Assembly (NCBI GenBank): GCA_012295275.1
Contig: CM022668.1
Coordinates: 5,642,001-5,706,000, forward strand
Direction of reading: 5' to 3'
Source of the DNA: Chrysomallon squamiferum
Taxonomy: Eukaryota; Animalia; Mollusca
Length of the DNA: 64,000 nucleotides
How positions within the stretch are numbered: the stretch's first letter is position 1; every line of letters starts with the position of its first letter. The translations under genes and the position numbers were made by a program. The notes beneath the pieces are model-generated. The model was not told the origin of the DNA, did not search any database, and saw only the letters and a program-made list of their open reading frames with translations. Shown piece after piece: positions 17,921 through 32,693 of the stretch.

Positions 17921-19932
17921 TGTTCTCTCCAGTTTTGTTTTAAAGAAACACAAAAGAAATGTTTTACATAATTAGCCATTCGTCAAATGAAAAGTAAATA
18001 AATAAATAAAATGAATACATGTTAGTAATGAAATAAAATGAAAACAAGTAAGCTGTAAAATAAATAAAATGAAAACATGTTAGTAATAAAATAAATATAT
18101 AAAAAAAAAAAAAAAAAAAAAAAAATAAGCAAGAAATAAAATAAATAAAATGAAAACAATTAAGTAATAAAATAAATGAATATAAAGTAATAAATAAGTA
18201 AATAATTTGTAATGAAATTTTAGAAATATGTTTAAAAAATCATTGTCTTGTTGAAACTCCGGGTCAGAAATATTAATCTTCATCTGGGAAAAAGAAGAAT
18301 AAAACTTTATTTTATTTTTTTAATATTTTTAAAATTATTTTGTCTGACTGAAAAACAAGACACAAACCATGAGACAGAAAAACTGCTGCTGCATATAATG
18401 GACTTTATTTATTTATTTTTATTTTTTAAAATGATACCTTCCCCAAAACCAGGAAAACATATATCACAGATTTTGATAAAACAGCTGTTGGAAACTGCTT
18501 AATAAGAACTGGGAAGTATTGATCTTGTTATCTAATATACTTGGATACTAATGGTGCTTATCAGCCTGTTTATTTTATAAAAATATAAATAATAATAAAA
18601 ACATAACTAAATTAAATTAATCATGATATATCCATAATTTTAATTTTATGTATTATTGTTTTCTTCTCTAAAGTATGGGATTAGAAAGGTAAGAATACAT
18701 GAAAGGACAGGTGAGAGTAATTACAACTGAACCCACACCCACACACTACACATCCCTGCTAATAAATAACATCCCATTTACCCTATGATTTATTGTTTAA
18801 TTTCTTTATAATGACAGATTTTTAAATAAATCTTCTCACAAAATATTTTTTTTTTAAATAAAAATGTCATCTTTCCTGGCTTACATAAAAACGTTGACAC
18901 CTGAGGCCTAATTTCAAATGTTGACACATTACGTTGACACTGTCAACCAAATATTCCGATAAGTAAATGAAGTACTTACTTATGTACATATGACATTTGG
19001 AGACTTCCCATTGGTCAGTTGATTATCATCTGAGTTTTGTACAGAAACAGAGATGTTGGGAATTTAATCTGCAGTTTATACAGTTACAGTATTTAGACAT
19101 TGAATCACTTTTTTAACCTTGTGAGTTTTGGAATTTAATCTCCTATCTACCAGTACACCTACAGTACTTATACATTTGTCTTTGGTCCACAGATTTCTGT
19201 CCATGCAAAACTGGGTATTTAATCTGAAGGATTATTATTGTTATTATTAATTATTATTATGTTTGTCTCTGTGTGTGGGTATGTGTGTTTCTATGTACAT
19301 TTTAGAAATTTGTCTGATCCCTTTGGGTTTTATCTTTCTGACTGATACATATAAAATAGTTGTTTTTTGCTTTCTTCTTCTTCTTCTTCTTCTTCCTATT
19401 GTTATTTTATTTTATTATTGCTGTTATATTGTGAAAATAATCATATTTATAATGTTTAAAATGAAATAAATTTGGATATCACACACACACACACACACAC
19501 CCACCCACACACACACACACACACATGCACATATGAGGCATTTGATCAGCTTTCTTTGGTTCTATTTAAACTTTACCGACCAGTATATCAGACATGATGG
19601 TAAACAAGTACTTCCCACCCTCCAGTTTTTAAATTGCCACACCCTTATCTCCAGTCCCCCGTTTTTTTTTTAACAATAATTATTATTTACAATGCATACT
19701 GTTTGAAAACTAACAAACAACAACAACAACAACCATTTGAAACCTAGTAATTTTCGTACCTTAATTATAAAACTTATGCAATATTTGTTTTATGTCTTAA
19801 AGTACTATCAAAATGATATGTGATGTTTGTTTTATGTCTTAACCTATCATAAACCTGTTATTTAATACTTGTTTCCTGTGGAGTGTGATATTATGTGTAT
19901 GTCTGAGTGATGTAATGTTTATGTGTTAATAC

Positions 19933-19959
19933 ATAAAATTTCTGTTTGTATATTCAGGC

Positions 19960-20004
<45 letters not shown>

Positions 20005-20036
20005 TTAATGCCTGAACATACAAATAGAAATTTTAT
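19933..20036. repeat. Inverted repeat (about 34-bp arms) centred on a (TA)n tract
   Basis: ataaaatttctgtttgtatattcaggcattaatt ... (ta)n ... aattaatgcctgaacatacaaatagaaattttat; arms are reverse-complementary with 2 mismatches. Confidence 0.9.
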
Positions 20037-22750
20037 ATATATAAACCTATTTTTTTATGAAATGTATATATTTATGAGTTCAAGGACATGTCTACATCCC
20101 CCCCCCATCTCACTCTGTTCAACCAGTATTGTTTTATCTTCATATTAAAAGTTTATTTAAAATAAAATACTCACCTCCTAAATAGTGAGCCTGTTTGGAA
20201 CAGGATAACATTTGACCAGAAATCTCAACATTCTGTGCCTGTGTCTACAAAGTATATCAGTTCTGTCTGTTGTGATATGAATACTGATTTAATCAAATAA
20301 AATATTCAAACTCTAAGTTATCATTTTAATGTTTTTTGGTGACCTGTCATTGCTCCTAATACAATATTACAATAAAATAACTCTGACAAAATATTTGCAT
20401 GCTGCCAGTTTTTACTTCATTTTTTACTTAATTATTGCATACTAGGTAGACTGGTAGCTGTATTTATTCTGACAAACAGGAGGAATTTCAGAGGAAATCA
20501 GTCTACTCAGAATGCAGTTGTGTCAAGACTTTAGAAAAAAAAAATTGGGATGCTAATTTTTTTTTAGAGTGTGCTCTTTTGATTTTATACTTCATTATTA
20601 ACACAAAATATAAAAAAAATAAAATAAATAAATAAATATAACTTGGAAGTATGTTGAATATATTTACAATATTTCTTCCTATTACAGAAGATACATGTTT
20701 AAGCAGCAATACCACCTTCATTCTCTCTCTCTCTCTCTGTTTACAAATATCTATTGAATTAAACAAGAGCTGTGTATTAAGGCTGATATGTACACACCCA
20801 GCTGTGATGTATTTATATAGTACACGGGAGGGTGACAGATCACTAGTGAGCCTACTGACACAGTATAGGAATACATTCAAATCATGAGGCACAAGGAATT
20901 TTCAGCCTGCAGGATAAATACGTTTCATATGTTAATAGAAAAGTTAACAGTTCTGTTTAGTTTGTGTCAGCTAATCTTCTTACTGGACAGTTCACTATTA
21001 GTTAAAAGCAGGGTCACTTCTGTTGCATTTCAAAATCTTCTTTATCATTAATTCTTTTTTTTTAAATAATGCAAAATAAATAAAGATTGATAAAGCATTA
21101 TAATTTTAAATTTTGACAAGTAAAACTCTGTTGTATTTCAAAATATTGCCACAAAAACAAATTCTTTTTGTATATTGTGCACAATAAATTCAACTTCACG
21201 TGTTAAAAAGTACTTATGATAAATCCAGTCACAAAATGTTTCAGCATAAAAACTAATCTGGTTCTTTTTTGCGTACAAGGTACAGTAAATCGGATTAAGT
21301 GTTTATTGTTTAACATATTGAACACAGTAACTGATATATCTCTTGTTGCATTCTCAGATCTATATCTTTGTGAACATTGTCCAGTTTATCTTTTTAGAAA
21401 ACAATCCAAATAAATAATAATTAAACAAAAAAACCACATTATGTTTTTTCACATCTTGAAAAGTACTTAAGAAAATTAGATTAATATATATATATCTGTG
21501 TCTCCATATACAGATTCATATACTTTCTATCTTGTATTCATTTCTGAAGGTCAGAAGGCAAAGTCACTAGTTTTAATTTACATATAAATGCAAAGATGAG
21601 TAAATAATATCACTGTAAAAAACTTAATTTTTATTTTTATTTTATAAACATTTTAGCAGCATTTCTATGCTTTATCTCATGTGTATTTGAGTCTTGTATA
21701 ACCTAGCTGATATTTGTTTATGTTAATTAAAAAGTACAGATGAAAATGGTATTGTGATGAATCAATAAGAACATCAGTTTGAAACTCCAAATAACTTTTC
21801 TTTTTTTAACTTTGTAATAAACAAATACATACAACTGTATAAACTAAATCTATAAAACTTTCAAACCTTTGTTTACTAGATATAACTAACATATCATTGC
21901 AAAAAAACTAAGTCTATGTAACTCCCCCCCCCATATGTTTTGTGTAGGCAATAAAGTAAGTTATAAATACGTATCAGAGTAAAAATTACTTCCGAATAAT
22001 TCATTTTTATTTTGTGTATTACTTGTAATAACATAAATCAGAGGTTTTCACTGGGGGTGATATCTCTCCCTGGGGGCATGGAAGTTTCAAAGGAGGTGAT
22101 AAAAATAATTAATTTCAAGTTTCTCCTCTACCTTTCACTCAGACATGACTGGAAGAGAAAATTATTTTTAGTCTTGTAAAATTACAGTATAGGAATAGTG
22201 ATAACAGAGATTAAGATAGGCAGTCAAGAAAGGTGGTGGGGGGGCAATTATTTTGCTGTATTAAATAGTCTCCCCCTACCCCATAAAATGCTTATGTTAA
22301 AAGACCCTCAGTAAATATTAGCTATAATTAAAAAAAAAAAAAAAAAAACATTAAAAAAACCCCAATTAATAAATAATTTTTTTTTTCTTTTAAATTTAAT
22401 AAAACAAAACAAAAATCCTACTGAGGAGCCAATGGAAAACACTCATAAATAACAAACAGTGTTTGTACACAGGCGTCAAATAACCATTTTATGTTGATAT
22501 AAATTTAAAATACATTTTTTTTTAAATCCTACATTTATTAGTTATGAATACATACTCCATACACACAAGAGCCCATGTAATTTTTATATTTTTCTGAAGT
22601 TCAGCAAATACAGATTAACATTCCAAAATGAGTAAACAGAATTTGGTATTCAGTGCATGGATATGAATATAATAGTTGTATGTATTATAAGAAGTTGGTA
22701 AAAAGGTAAAAGGTTTGGCCATTTCTATGTAATGAGAATAGCTCAAATAG

Positions 22751-22797
<47 letters not shown>

Positions 22798-23590
22798 CAT
22801 ATATGTATATGTATATCTGTATATGTGTATATATATATATATAATATATATGTATGTTCGTATATAAGTATATATTGTGCGTGTGAGTGAGTGAATATAT
22901 ATTGTATATGTATTGTAGGAGTGTGTGTGTGAGTGAGTGAGTATATATTGTATATGTATTGTAGGTGTGTGTGTGTGAGTGAGTGAGTATATACTGTGTA
23001 TATATTGCAGGTGTGTGTGTGTGTGTGAGAGAGAGAGACTGTCTAAGTAGTCTGTGTGTATATTAAAAACCAGCAAGACAAAGCAGTAATCCCGTTTTAT
23101 AACAGACACAAAGACATCTGAACAAATGAAATAAAACAATGAAATATGATAGCTGCTATACTTATCTTTTATCTGTTACCTTTGAGTAAATACACAAACA
23201 AATAAATTAATTAACAACAATACTACACAATAACAACAGAATATGAGTTCTAGAGAAGATAAAACTGACATAACTGAGGCTTGTATCAGAAGAGATGATT
23301 CATTGGCAGACTTAAGATGATGAAGTTTGTTACTTTGATGAAACTTGCTTGTCCATCAGAATGAAGTTTGTTACTTTGATGAAACTTGCTTGTCTGTCAG
23401 AATGAAGTTTATGATTTGTGGATGTTTTTCGAATGAACATGTTTTTTATGATGTTTACAAGCAGCTTGGGTTTATTTGATTGTTGCTGTCTGAGTGTGTT
23501 GAGTATTGATTTCATTACTCTGCTTACTTGCTGATCAGCAAGAGTTGTAGTTTGGATCAGGGTCATAGTTGTATCGTCTAAACTATTGTA

Positions 23591-23668
<78 letters not shown>

Positions 23669-26600
23669 GTCTGTCTGTCTGTCTCTCACACACACACACA
23701 CTCTTCTCTTTCTCAATCTCTCAATCCAGTCACAGTTCTGTGTATGTTTTGTGCGAAAATCTTTATAGACACACAAACATAAACACATTAGATAATCAAT
23801 GTTTGGTCTGTTGTCTCTTCAGACTAATTTCATTGTTTTATTTTAATTTTATTTTGCCAAGTGTGTTTTGGTTTTTAGTCAAATAAATGAAAACAGTGCT
23901 TTTACAGTCAGGAAAATAACATTATAGTCTTAGTGTGTGTTGTACCTTTTTCTTCTGTATGTAACTTTGTAAGTGTATATGTATGTATTTTGTTTGTGTA
24001 TGCATAGTGTGTGTCTGCATATTTATGTACATAAATGCATATGTATGCTATTTGAAATAAAACTTGTACAGCAACTAAAAGGAATTAATATTATGTTAAA
24101 AATATTCAAGATGATTCATCTGCCATCTTGAACTGAGTCTCAGTACATCGACACTGAACAACTCCTCAGTCTTGTACACAGAGGTAGTTTGCAATGTATA
24201 CATACATCAGTGTTGTTTGCATGTATACATACATCGATGTTGTTTGCATGTAGACATACATTGATGTTGTTCCTCCATTTCCTGGCTTACAGGACAGTTA
24301 CATTTGTCTGTGAGAAACCAGTCACAGTCTTTGTTTGTGACAACCAATGTGCTAAGTTGTCTTATCTTGTTTGTTCAGCGGCCCTGGTCTTGAGTAATGG
24401 CTGCAAGTAATTAAATGTATTGGTGTCACAACCCTGTTAATATTACTTTTTGTATGTGACACCCCAGTGTGATTATATCAGTTTTATTCAATGTTAAATG
24501 CAGCTTTCAACTTCTGTTTTAACTTTACATGCTTAAATCTCGATTTTTGAAAAGAATGAGAGTTGTGTGTGGAGTTGAAGTTTTATTTTGACATTTTGAC
24601 TCAGAAATAAATAAAATTTATGCCTGGAAGACATTTAATGTGAAATAAATTTAAATTATTTCCAGATGAAAGTAAATTAAATTTTATGTTTGATTTGTTA
24701 TGTCTTTTAAATTAAATATAATGTACTTTTATGGCTTATTAAATAGCAATCATAATAAAAAAAAAATTCTCATTATTAAACAATATTGTACAATTTGTTT
24801 GTATAAAATTAAATGTAATACAGTATTATTACAGTATTACTACTACTATTATTACTGGTTCTACTTCTACTAATTACTAATTCTAATACTTCAGCTACTG
24901 CTATTATTACTAATTCTTTTGCATAAAACTAAATGTAATACAATATTACTACTACTATTATTACTGGTACTACTTCTACTATTATTACTAATTCTACTAC
25001 TACTACTGCTATTATTACTAAGTTTACTACTACTTTGCTATTACCTACTACTGCTACTACTACTATTACAGCTACTACTACTACTTCTTCTACTGAGAAT
25101 AACAGTAGTATTAGTAGTCATAGCAATACTACTACTATTACTACAACAACTACTTCTGCTGTTACTGCTATGGTTAGACAAGAAATAAGATAAATAACTG
25201 ATTGTTTAATTTTACTCGTTTTTCATTTTGAAATGTATTAATTTTCGTCCACTGTTTTCTTCTGTTCTTTCTTTTTTTTCTGCTAGCTTGTATTAGTCAT
25301 CACGTCACTCTGATAACTACAGTAAATATTTGGCTGTGATGTTGTCAGAGTCGGTGTTGAGGTAATTTCTTCTGTTTGAATCTGCTGAGACTAGAATAGA
25401 ACGGTTTAGAGATGCTGTCTTTCATAACTGGGTTCACTCATCAGAAATGTATAAAAAAAAAAAAAACTTTGTGTCTACTTTTGTATCTTTTTGCTTTACA
25501 GACATTCATTTATGGGTGTGTCTGAACATGTGTACTTGTGTAAAACCTTCTTAGAAGAAATATATATATATATATACTTCTAATCTTAGTAGTTTTTTTT
25601 CTTTTTTCTTCGAATGTATTTTCTTTTCCTCCCAAATATATCTTTTTTTTTCTTCTTGAAGCTCATTTATATATGCATATGTCTTTATGTAAATACATAA
25701 TTATACCTGCCTTGTTTGTATATATGCTTATATGAGTTTATAAACTTACAGAGAATACCTACATACATATATACATACAGATGCAACACACCCATACACT
25801 TGTACACATACAAAACAAACACACACACACATGACACATATAACAAATTAAATAAAACTATGTTTCCAGAGATGTACATATACACAAAATATTTACATCT
25901 ACAAACATTTTTTTCTCAAAGATCCACTGCTACTATTACTTAGGGACATAAAATGTTAACATTCCCAACCCACCCCAAAAAAAACTCTGTTGTATACAAT
26001 ATCTTACACATTTTAAAAGTAAAGGTTGTAAGATTAAAAAGTTGTCATTAAAACTTTATCAGTTCATTCATTACAAACCTCCCCAGGGTTAAATGAATGT
26101 AACTTCCTTACGTGATTTTCATTTTTACCTTGATGGTCACCATGACAACATGTCCTTGGGTTTAATACCTGGAGCAAAGTGTGACTGTGGATGATGTTCA
26201 TGTAAATATGCATTCATCATTATAACATTCATCATTTCTCTCTTTTTCAATTTCACTCACTCTGTCGTTCTTTCTCTTTCATTCTTTCTTTCATTCTTTC
26301 TTTTCTGTCTTTTTCTGACTCATTGTTTTGCTCTCTCTCTTTTTCCCTCAAATTCTTTCTCTTTTTCTTTGATTCTCTATTTCTTTCCATCATTCTTTTT
26401 TTTCCTGACTCTTTCTCTCTCTCTCTGTCCCCCCCACTCTCTCTCTCCCTCCCACATACACATACTTACACAAAATATTTTCTCAAAGGAACATAACTGA
26501 AAAACATTTTTGAACCAATTCTCATGTCACATAAATTCTGTCCCTTTTTCATTCCTTTGCACAATAGCTTTTTCAAACATAACAATCAAACATATTAGAC

Positions 26601-28137
26601 CTCTACCAATAAATCTGTCATAACTGCACATTCAGTTTAAATATGTATTATTTCACTGCTATAGCCATATTCTCGTACACAAATGCATGGGCAGTTAATA
26701 TCAGGATTGTATGTGACCTCATTACTTCAATTCTTTCTGCCTAAATTCAGTTTCTAAACCACTGGGCATTCTTAATTTTAGTTTTATTGCCAGTTGTTAG
26801 GTTCATGTTTAATTTTCTTTCAGTATATCTCGTTTCCTGGACTGAAAAAATGTTTACCTGTGTCACACCTGTGTGAATTAACCTGACTCAGCAGTATATC
26901 ATTACCTGTCGTTACAGTGTTTTATCTTTTAAACAATTTGTTTAATATATTAATAATAATAATAATAATACCGTATTATTAAAAAAAATATATGAATTTT
27001 CTATTTTAATTATAAATAAATGATGACAGGAAAAGTAGTTGTCTTTGCATTGTCCTGAAGGAAAAACAAAAATAAATATATATATAATAAATTGTCAGAT
27101 AAAACTAAGAAATAATAAATACTATTACAGAGATTATTCTGATTCTTTATCTTATTTTCATTCTGGTATAATAAATAAACAGATATTATTTTTATAATAA
27201 TAAAAATAGTAATAACAATAGTATATTAATAATATAATAAGATTTGTAAAAACAAAAAAAATTAAAACAGACAGACAGATGTCCCATCTCTCTAAGACTC
27301 TGTCTGACTCTCTGTCTCTCTGTCTGTCTGTCTGTGTGTTTCTCTCTCAGGTTCATGATGTGTTCAAGACAGATAATGTTCAAATCTCCGTGACAACTGA
27401 TTGATTATAAAAATGCACAGAGGAGAACGATTATGGCTGATAATTTCCGAATGAAAAGCCCTCTTTTGTCTGCCAGAAGACATTGATATAAATACATGCC
27501 CTTCAGTCATGCTCCACTGAATTTACAGTTGGCTGCACAGATGGAATTTCACAGGGTCAACATTCTTGTATTTCTTGCTAGGGTTGGTGGGAGGGTATGT
27601 CCCCCCCCCATCAGAGACATCAATTTACTGGTCAGTACTACATTGTCTTCAAGATAAAATTAAATTTATTTTATTCTTATTAAATAATGAAATTTATTAA
27701 TATATTTATTTATTTTTTTAAATTAAATATCTTGAACTGAATGTAGATTCAATTTCAGGATTTAAAAAAAAAAAAATTGTTTTATTTATTTAAAAAAAAA
27801 AACTAAACAAAAAAATATGTGAACTCCTGTCACTATAAAGATCTGGTAAAGATCGTGTAGATAATGAGAAAGACGTGGTGACTTTGTGTGGGTCTGGAAC
27901 CCATCAGGTAGATTTACCATCCACTGACAACTCCAGGTGGATTCAGTTTCCACTGACACCATAAGCTGGAGGAGCTATTACCTATCACTTGCTGGATTTG
28001 TTTGTTCACTACCCTTGACTCCATGCACTGCATGTCATACAAACATGCAAGCTTCACAACATATGCAATCAGTTATCATCATTCCCTTAGAAAATTGCAC
28101 CACAAGTGTTCAACAGGGCAGTGTTTAAAATATGACT

Positions 28138-28169
<32 letters not shown>

Positions 28170-28170
28170 C

Positions 28171-28216
<46 letters not shown>

Positions 28217-28292
28217 GAAAGAAAGAGAGAGAGAGAGAGAGACGTTTGAATCTTTTACTTTCGAATTTTTCATTTATTTTGAGAGTGAGAGT

Positions 28293-28326
<34 letters not shown>

Positions 28327-28362
28327 CATTATTTCAGTCTTTTGCTTTAGAATTTTTCATTT

Positions 28363-28405
<43 letters not shown>

Positions 28406-28883
28406 CTATACATACACTTATCAGTTATTAATTAGGATGTTTCTTAAAATGTTTGAACAACAAATCAGCTCTATAGTAGACTGTTTCTAACCCACCTCTG
28501 ATAATTTCAACGAGGAACAATTTACCTGTTTTGAAATCGATAATAAATATTTTTTTTTATTCCATCAAAGATTTCTCTGTTCATCAGCTTTATTTTCTTC
28601 TGCATCACTGGATTTTACATGAAAAACATTTTAAGTTTATCACTGTCACAGCATCAGTTAAATTAATTACAAACATCAGCAGTCATTAGGCTCTTTGTGA
28701 AAAAACACACATTTTACTGACTGGTTGTAAAGAAAGTACTTTTATTTTTAAGTACCTGTAATAGAAGGGCATTTACTGTTTTACTGAGAATGAACTGTAT
28801 CTGTGTGGACTAAGTCATGCATCAGGCTTTGGTAGTTTTGTCCACAAAGTGTAAATGCAGTTGAGTTTCTGAGTTTTGTTATA

Positions 28884-29796
28884 GGGTCATTCTGTGTCAA
28901 ATCACCCAATGGTTTAAACCTGACTGTCTCAGATTTTTATAAAACTTGGTATACCTGTTGACTGGGATCCCAATCAGACCAGTGGTGTGAGAGATATGGC
29001 CCACCAAATTTTGAGATTTTTGGCAAAAATGTGTGTGACCACCAACCTTAGAACCCTCATATCTCAGGAACTACTGGGCCAATCTTCATAAAATTGGTAT
29101 TGTTAGAAAGGCAAAATGACAATGATTCCAAATCTGGCATTCCAAATTTGGAAAATATTGGAGTACCTTGACCTTTGACCTTTGCTATGACCTTGAAATT
29201 GACCATGTGGATCACGTGACCTTGAAATGACCTTTATTGAAATTTAATCTCCCACATGTTAACTAAAACATATAAAAGTTTCCTGGGTGTAATATTTTTT
29301 GTTTAGCCACAATATAGATTTAAAAAATGCACATATGTGAAAATAACACCTTTTCAGCCATTAACATCTGATTAACTAAAACCTGAATGATCAATTCTGG
29401 ATGCTAGGAATCATCATCTCTCTTGATCATCGAGTAAGACATTGTAGGCCTACATGTATGCATAAAGTTCACATAAATTTGAGAGAACTAGGTGTTTCTG
29501 ATGCTTAACCTTCTCACCATCTTTGTTTCAAATGCTCACTGTAATATATATACTCCCAGACATATTCTACTGTTCTCATCACTTTCATAAAATTGGATTA
29601 TTTCCTCCTTCAATTCATTTGACAGAACTTTCCCTTGTTTCTTATCACAGAGGGATAGAATCACTTTCTCTTTCTTCAACACACAGCTTTTTTCAATAAG
29701 GTAATTTGTTGTTTCAAATTCATTCATTGTCCTTTCAATGGTAAAGGGTGACAAAATCGAGATTTTTTTTTGGGGTGATTTGACATGGAATGACCC
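28884..29796 (-). mobile_element. Non-autonomous, internally deleted DNA transposon, Sola2-like, with transposase remnant
   Basis: TIRs GGGTCATTCTGTGTCAAATCACCC (28884) and GGGTGATTTGACATGGAATGACCC (ending 29796); 4-bp TATA on both flanks. GRG...CYC termini with a 4-bp TSD fit Sola2. Minus-strand remnant 29536-29754 (..LKKEKVIL..GKVLSNE..IIQFYESDENSRICLG) resembles the FYxxDExSRxxPG motif recalled from Sola transposases. Confidence 0.8.
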
Positions 29797-30319
29797 TATA
29801 GCAGTAGTAAAAAGGCACTAGTGTTGTTTCGAATCATTACAACAAGTATGTAGTCTTATTTCGAACAGATTTAGTATAATTCCAAAATAAACTACTGCTA
29901 CTAGTACTACTACAGCTATCACTGCTACTACTACTAAAACAACTACTACAGCTATTGCTGCTATTACTACTAATACTATTATAGCTATTGCTGCTATACT
30001 ACTGTTATTACTATAACTACTACTACTATTATTAATACTATTACTACTTCAACTGCAACTACTATTACTACTAGTACTACTACAACCATAACTACTTTTG
30101 TTATATAAAACATTTTATCATTTGTGTTTTTTGTTTATTCTTTAAATAAATAATAAAAAAATAAATAAAAAAAAAATAAATAAAATTAAATACTCAGTCA
30201 TCATTTATTTTCCTTAAACATCCACTCCACACCTTCTCCTGTTTCTCTCACCTGAGCAAAATAACACAAAGCTTTATTGCCACACCCAGATGTATACTAT
30301 CAGTGGATATTCAACATTA

Positions 30320-31420
30320 CAGGTCTTGTATATGTCAGTGTCATCAGGTATTTCACCTGGCTGAATGGATACCTGTATAAATCAGAACCAGTTAGGTGAG
30401 CTTACAGGTAAAAAATGTCCTTTATTATTGCTTAATGTGGCTAGATAACTCACCTGTATGATGTCAAACCTGTCATGAATTAGGTAGACAGAAGGTAAAT
30501 ATCTCTGTCAGGCAATATTATGATGAGATATTTTACCTTGTATGATGTCATAACTGTATCGAACTACATAGATGAAAGGTATTTTACCTGTGTGATATCA
30601 TAACTGTAATGAATTATGTATATGAAAAGTATGCATGATGTCATAACTGTAATGAATGAGGTAGACAAAAGGTAATTATTTCTATAATGGAATATTATGA
30701 TGAGATATTTTACCTGTGTGATGTCATAACTAATGAATTAGGTAGATGGAAGGTAAATATCTGTATCATAGAAGATTATAATGACATATTTTACCTATAT
30801 ATGATTTCCTAACTGTAATATATTTGATGAGATAACAGATCAAATTTAAGTGTTAATTAATATTATAAATGTTTTTTGAACCTCTGTGATTTTGTAGGTT
30901 TAATTAAGTAGGTGAAATGAAAGGTAAAATTTCTGTTAGTGAAAACAATGAGCATATATGTTTTATCTGTTTGATTTCTTACCTGTAATAAATTAAGATG
31001 AAAGTAAAAATTCAGTCTTATTGAAGATTATGACCATTTTTTTTTTTTATCACAATACTTTCATACCTGTAATAAAAAAACTGAAAGAAAAATTCACTTC
31101 TGCAATTTCTTAACAAATTAGGCAAACTGCAGGTGAAAGATTAACTATATTTAAATATTGTACCTGTCTGTAATTACACCTGATCAAAGGTAAATGTTTG
31201 TGTATTCTGTGACAAGATAATTAAAATGCACTACCTGTAAAAATTACCTTGTCTAAAAATCCTTTAATTACTCTGAAGTATTGTTTGAGTAACATCTTAC
31301 CTGTGTGATGTCACAACAATGGTACCTGTTAGGTAACTGACAGGTGAGGTAACAGATAATGAATGGCTTGTAGGTGAGGTTGACACTAAGGAAGCAAAAA
31401 TCACAGGTAAAATGTCTTTC
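30320..31420. repeat. Degenerate ACCTG/CAGGT-rich tandem repeat
   Basis: Recurring tacctgtgtgatgtcataactgtaatgaattaggtaga..gaaggtaaa units. Confidence 0.7.
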
Positions 31421-31672
31421 TCACTTTTCATGCTATACTTTTAAATGAACGTCTGAAAATAAGGTAAAATTTGCTAAAGATATTCTCACAATTAGAAAAA
31501 CTGCATAATGTCTAATGCATGACAGATGAAAAAAACATACTTACTGTAACAGTTTCTTATTTAAATAGATCACCATCATTACTAGAGATGTAGAGTAATA
31601 TGTGACAAAGCTTAATGAAAACTACTTTTATACAATAATTAAGTAAAATAAACATGCTACATTGTTAAAATG

Positions 31673-31733
<61 letters not shown>

Positions 31734-31855
31734 TTTATTTTTATTATTACTTCTACTGTTATTATTGTAGTCGCATTAATACTAGTAGTAGTAGTGGTAG
31801 TGGTATTATACTTTTTATCATCATCATCATCATTATTATAATTATTATTATTATT

Positions 31856-31896
<41 letters not shown>

Positions 31897-32637
31897 TCAT
31901 ACTCAGTTTTTAGAAACACACACACACACACACACACACAATTTGTTGTGTCTGTAAATGTTCTTTTGTAAAAATGTTAGGAAAAACTAGGAAGGGCTAT
32001 AAATGCTATATTTATACGTAAACACTTAAAATGTCATTACATAATTCATTGTCATTCTACTTCAATAACCATATAAAAATATACCTTGCAGATGACAATA
32101 TCATAAATTATTTGAATAGGGTTAAAGAAAAAAAAAGCTTTAGAACAAACATGACTGATAGTAAAATTACTGTTCTGTGTGCTGTTTTGTCAGGGTGTGG
32201 TTTTTTGGTGCAGTTTTGATTTGGTACGGTTTTGTCAGTGCACAAATATGTTCACTTATCTGCATATATTTAATATCCACCCATCTGTACAAAAAAAAAG
32301 TGTATATATGAACTAAATATTTGAGCAATTTACATGTATACTCACATATACATAATATATAATAGACATACTCTCAATGACATGCACATAATATACAATA
32401 GACATACTCTCGGTGATATACACATAATATACACCTACATAGAGAAAAACATAAAATGTACATAAACACACACCTTCACACTAAAACATGCATTCACAAA
32501 CATATATATATATATCACAAACAGGTAATGACAATATGTAGAAAAAAATGTAATGTACACAACAAGACATGTTCATTCAAACAAAATAAACATAAATACA
32601 CACAAAAGATGAAACATACAAATCTACAGATATATCT

Positions 32638-32693
<56 letters not shown>

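Noticed and set aside
27351-27595. Possible C/D snoRNA (ATGATG...CTGA) or cassette exon after a strong acceptor at 27350
   Set aside because: Box C is imperfect, there is no terminal stem, the rRNA complementarity is gapped and there is no ORF; a UTR exon cannot be supported without RNA data.
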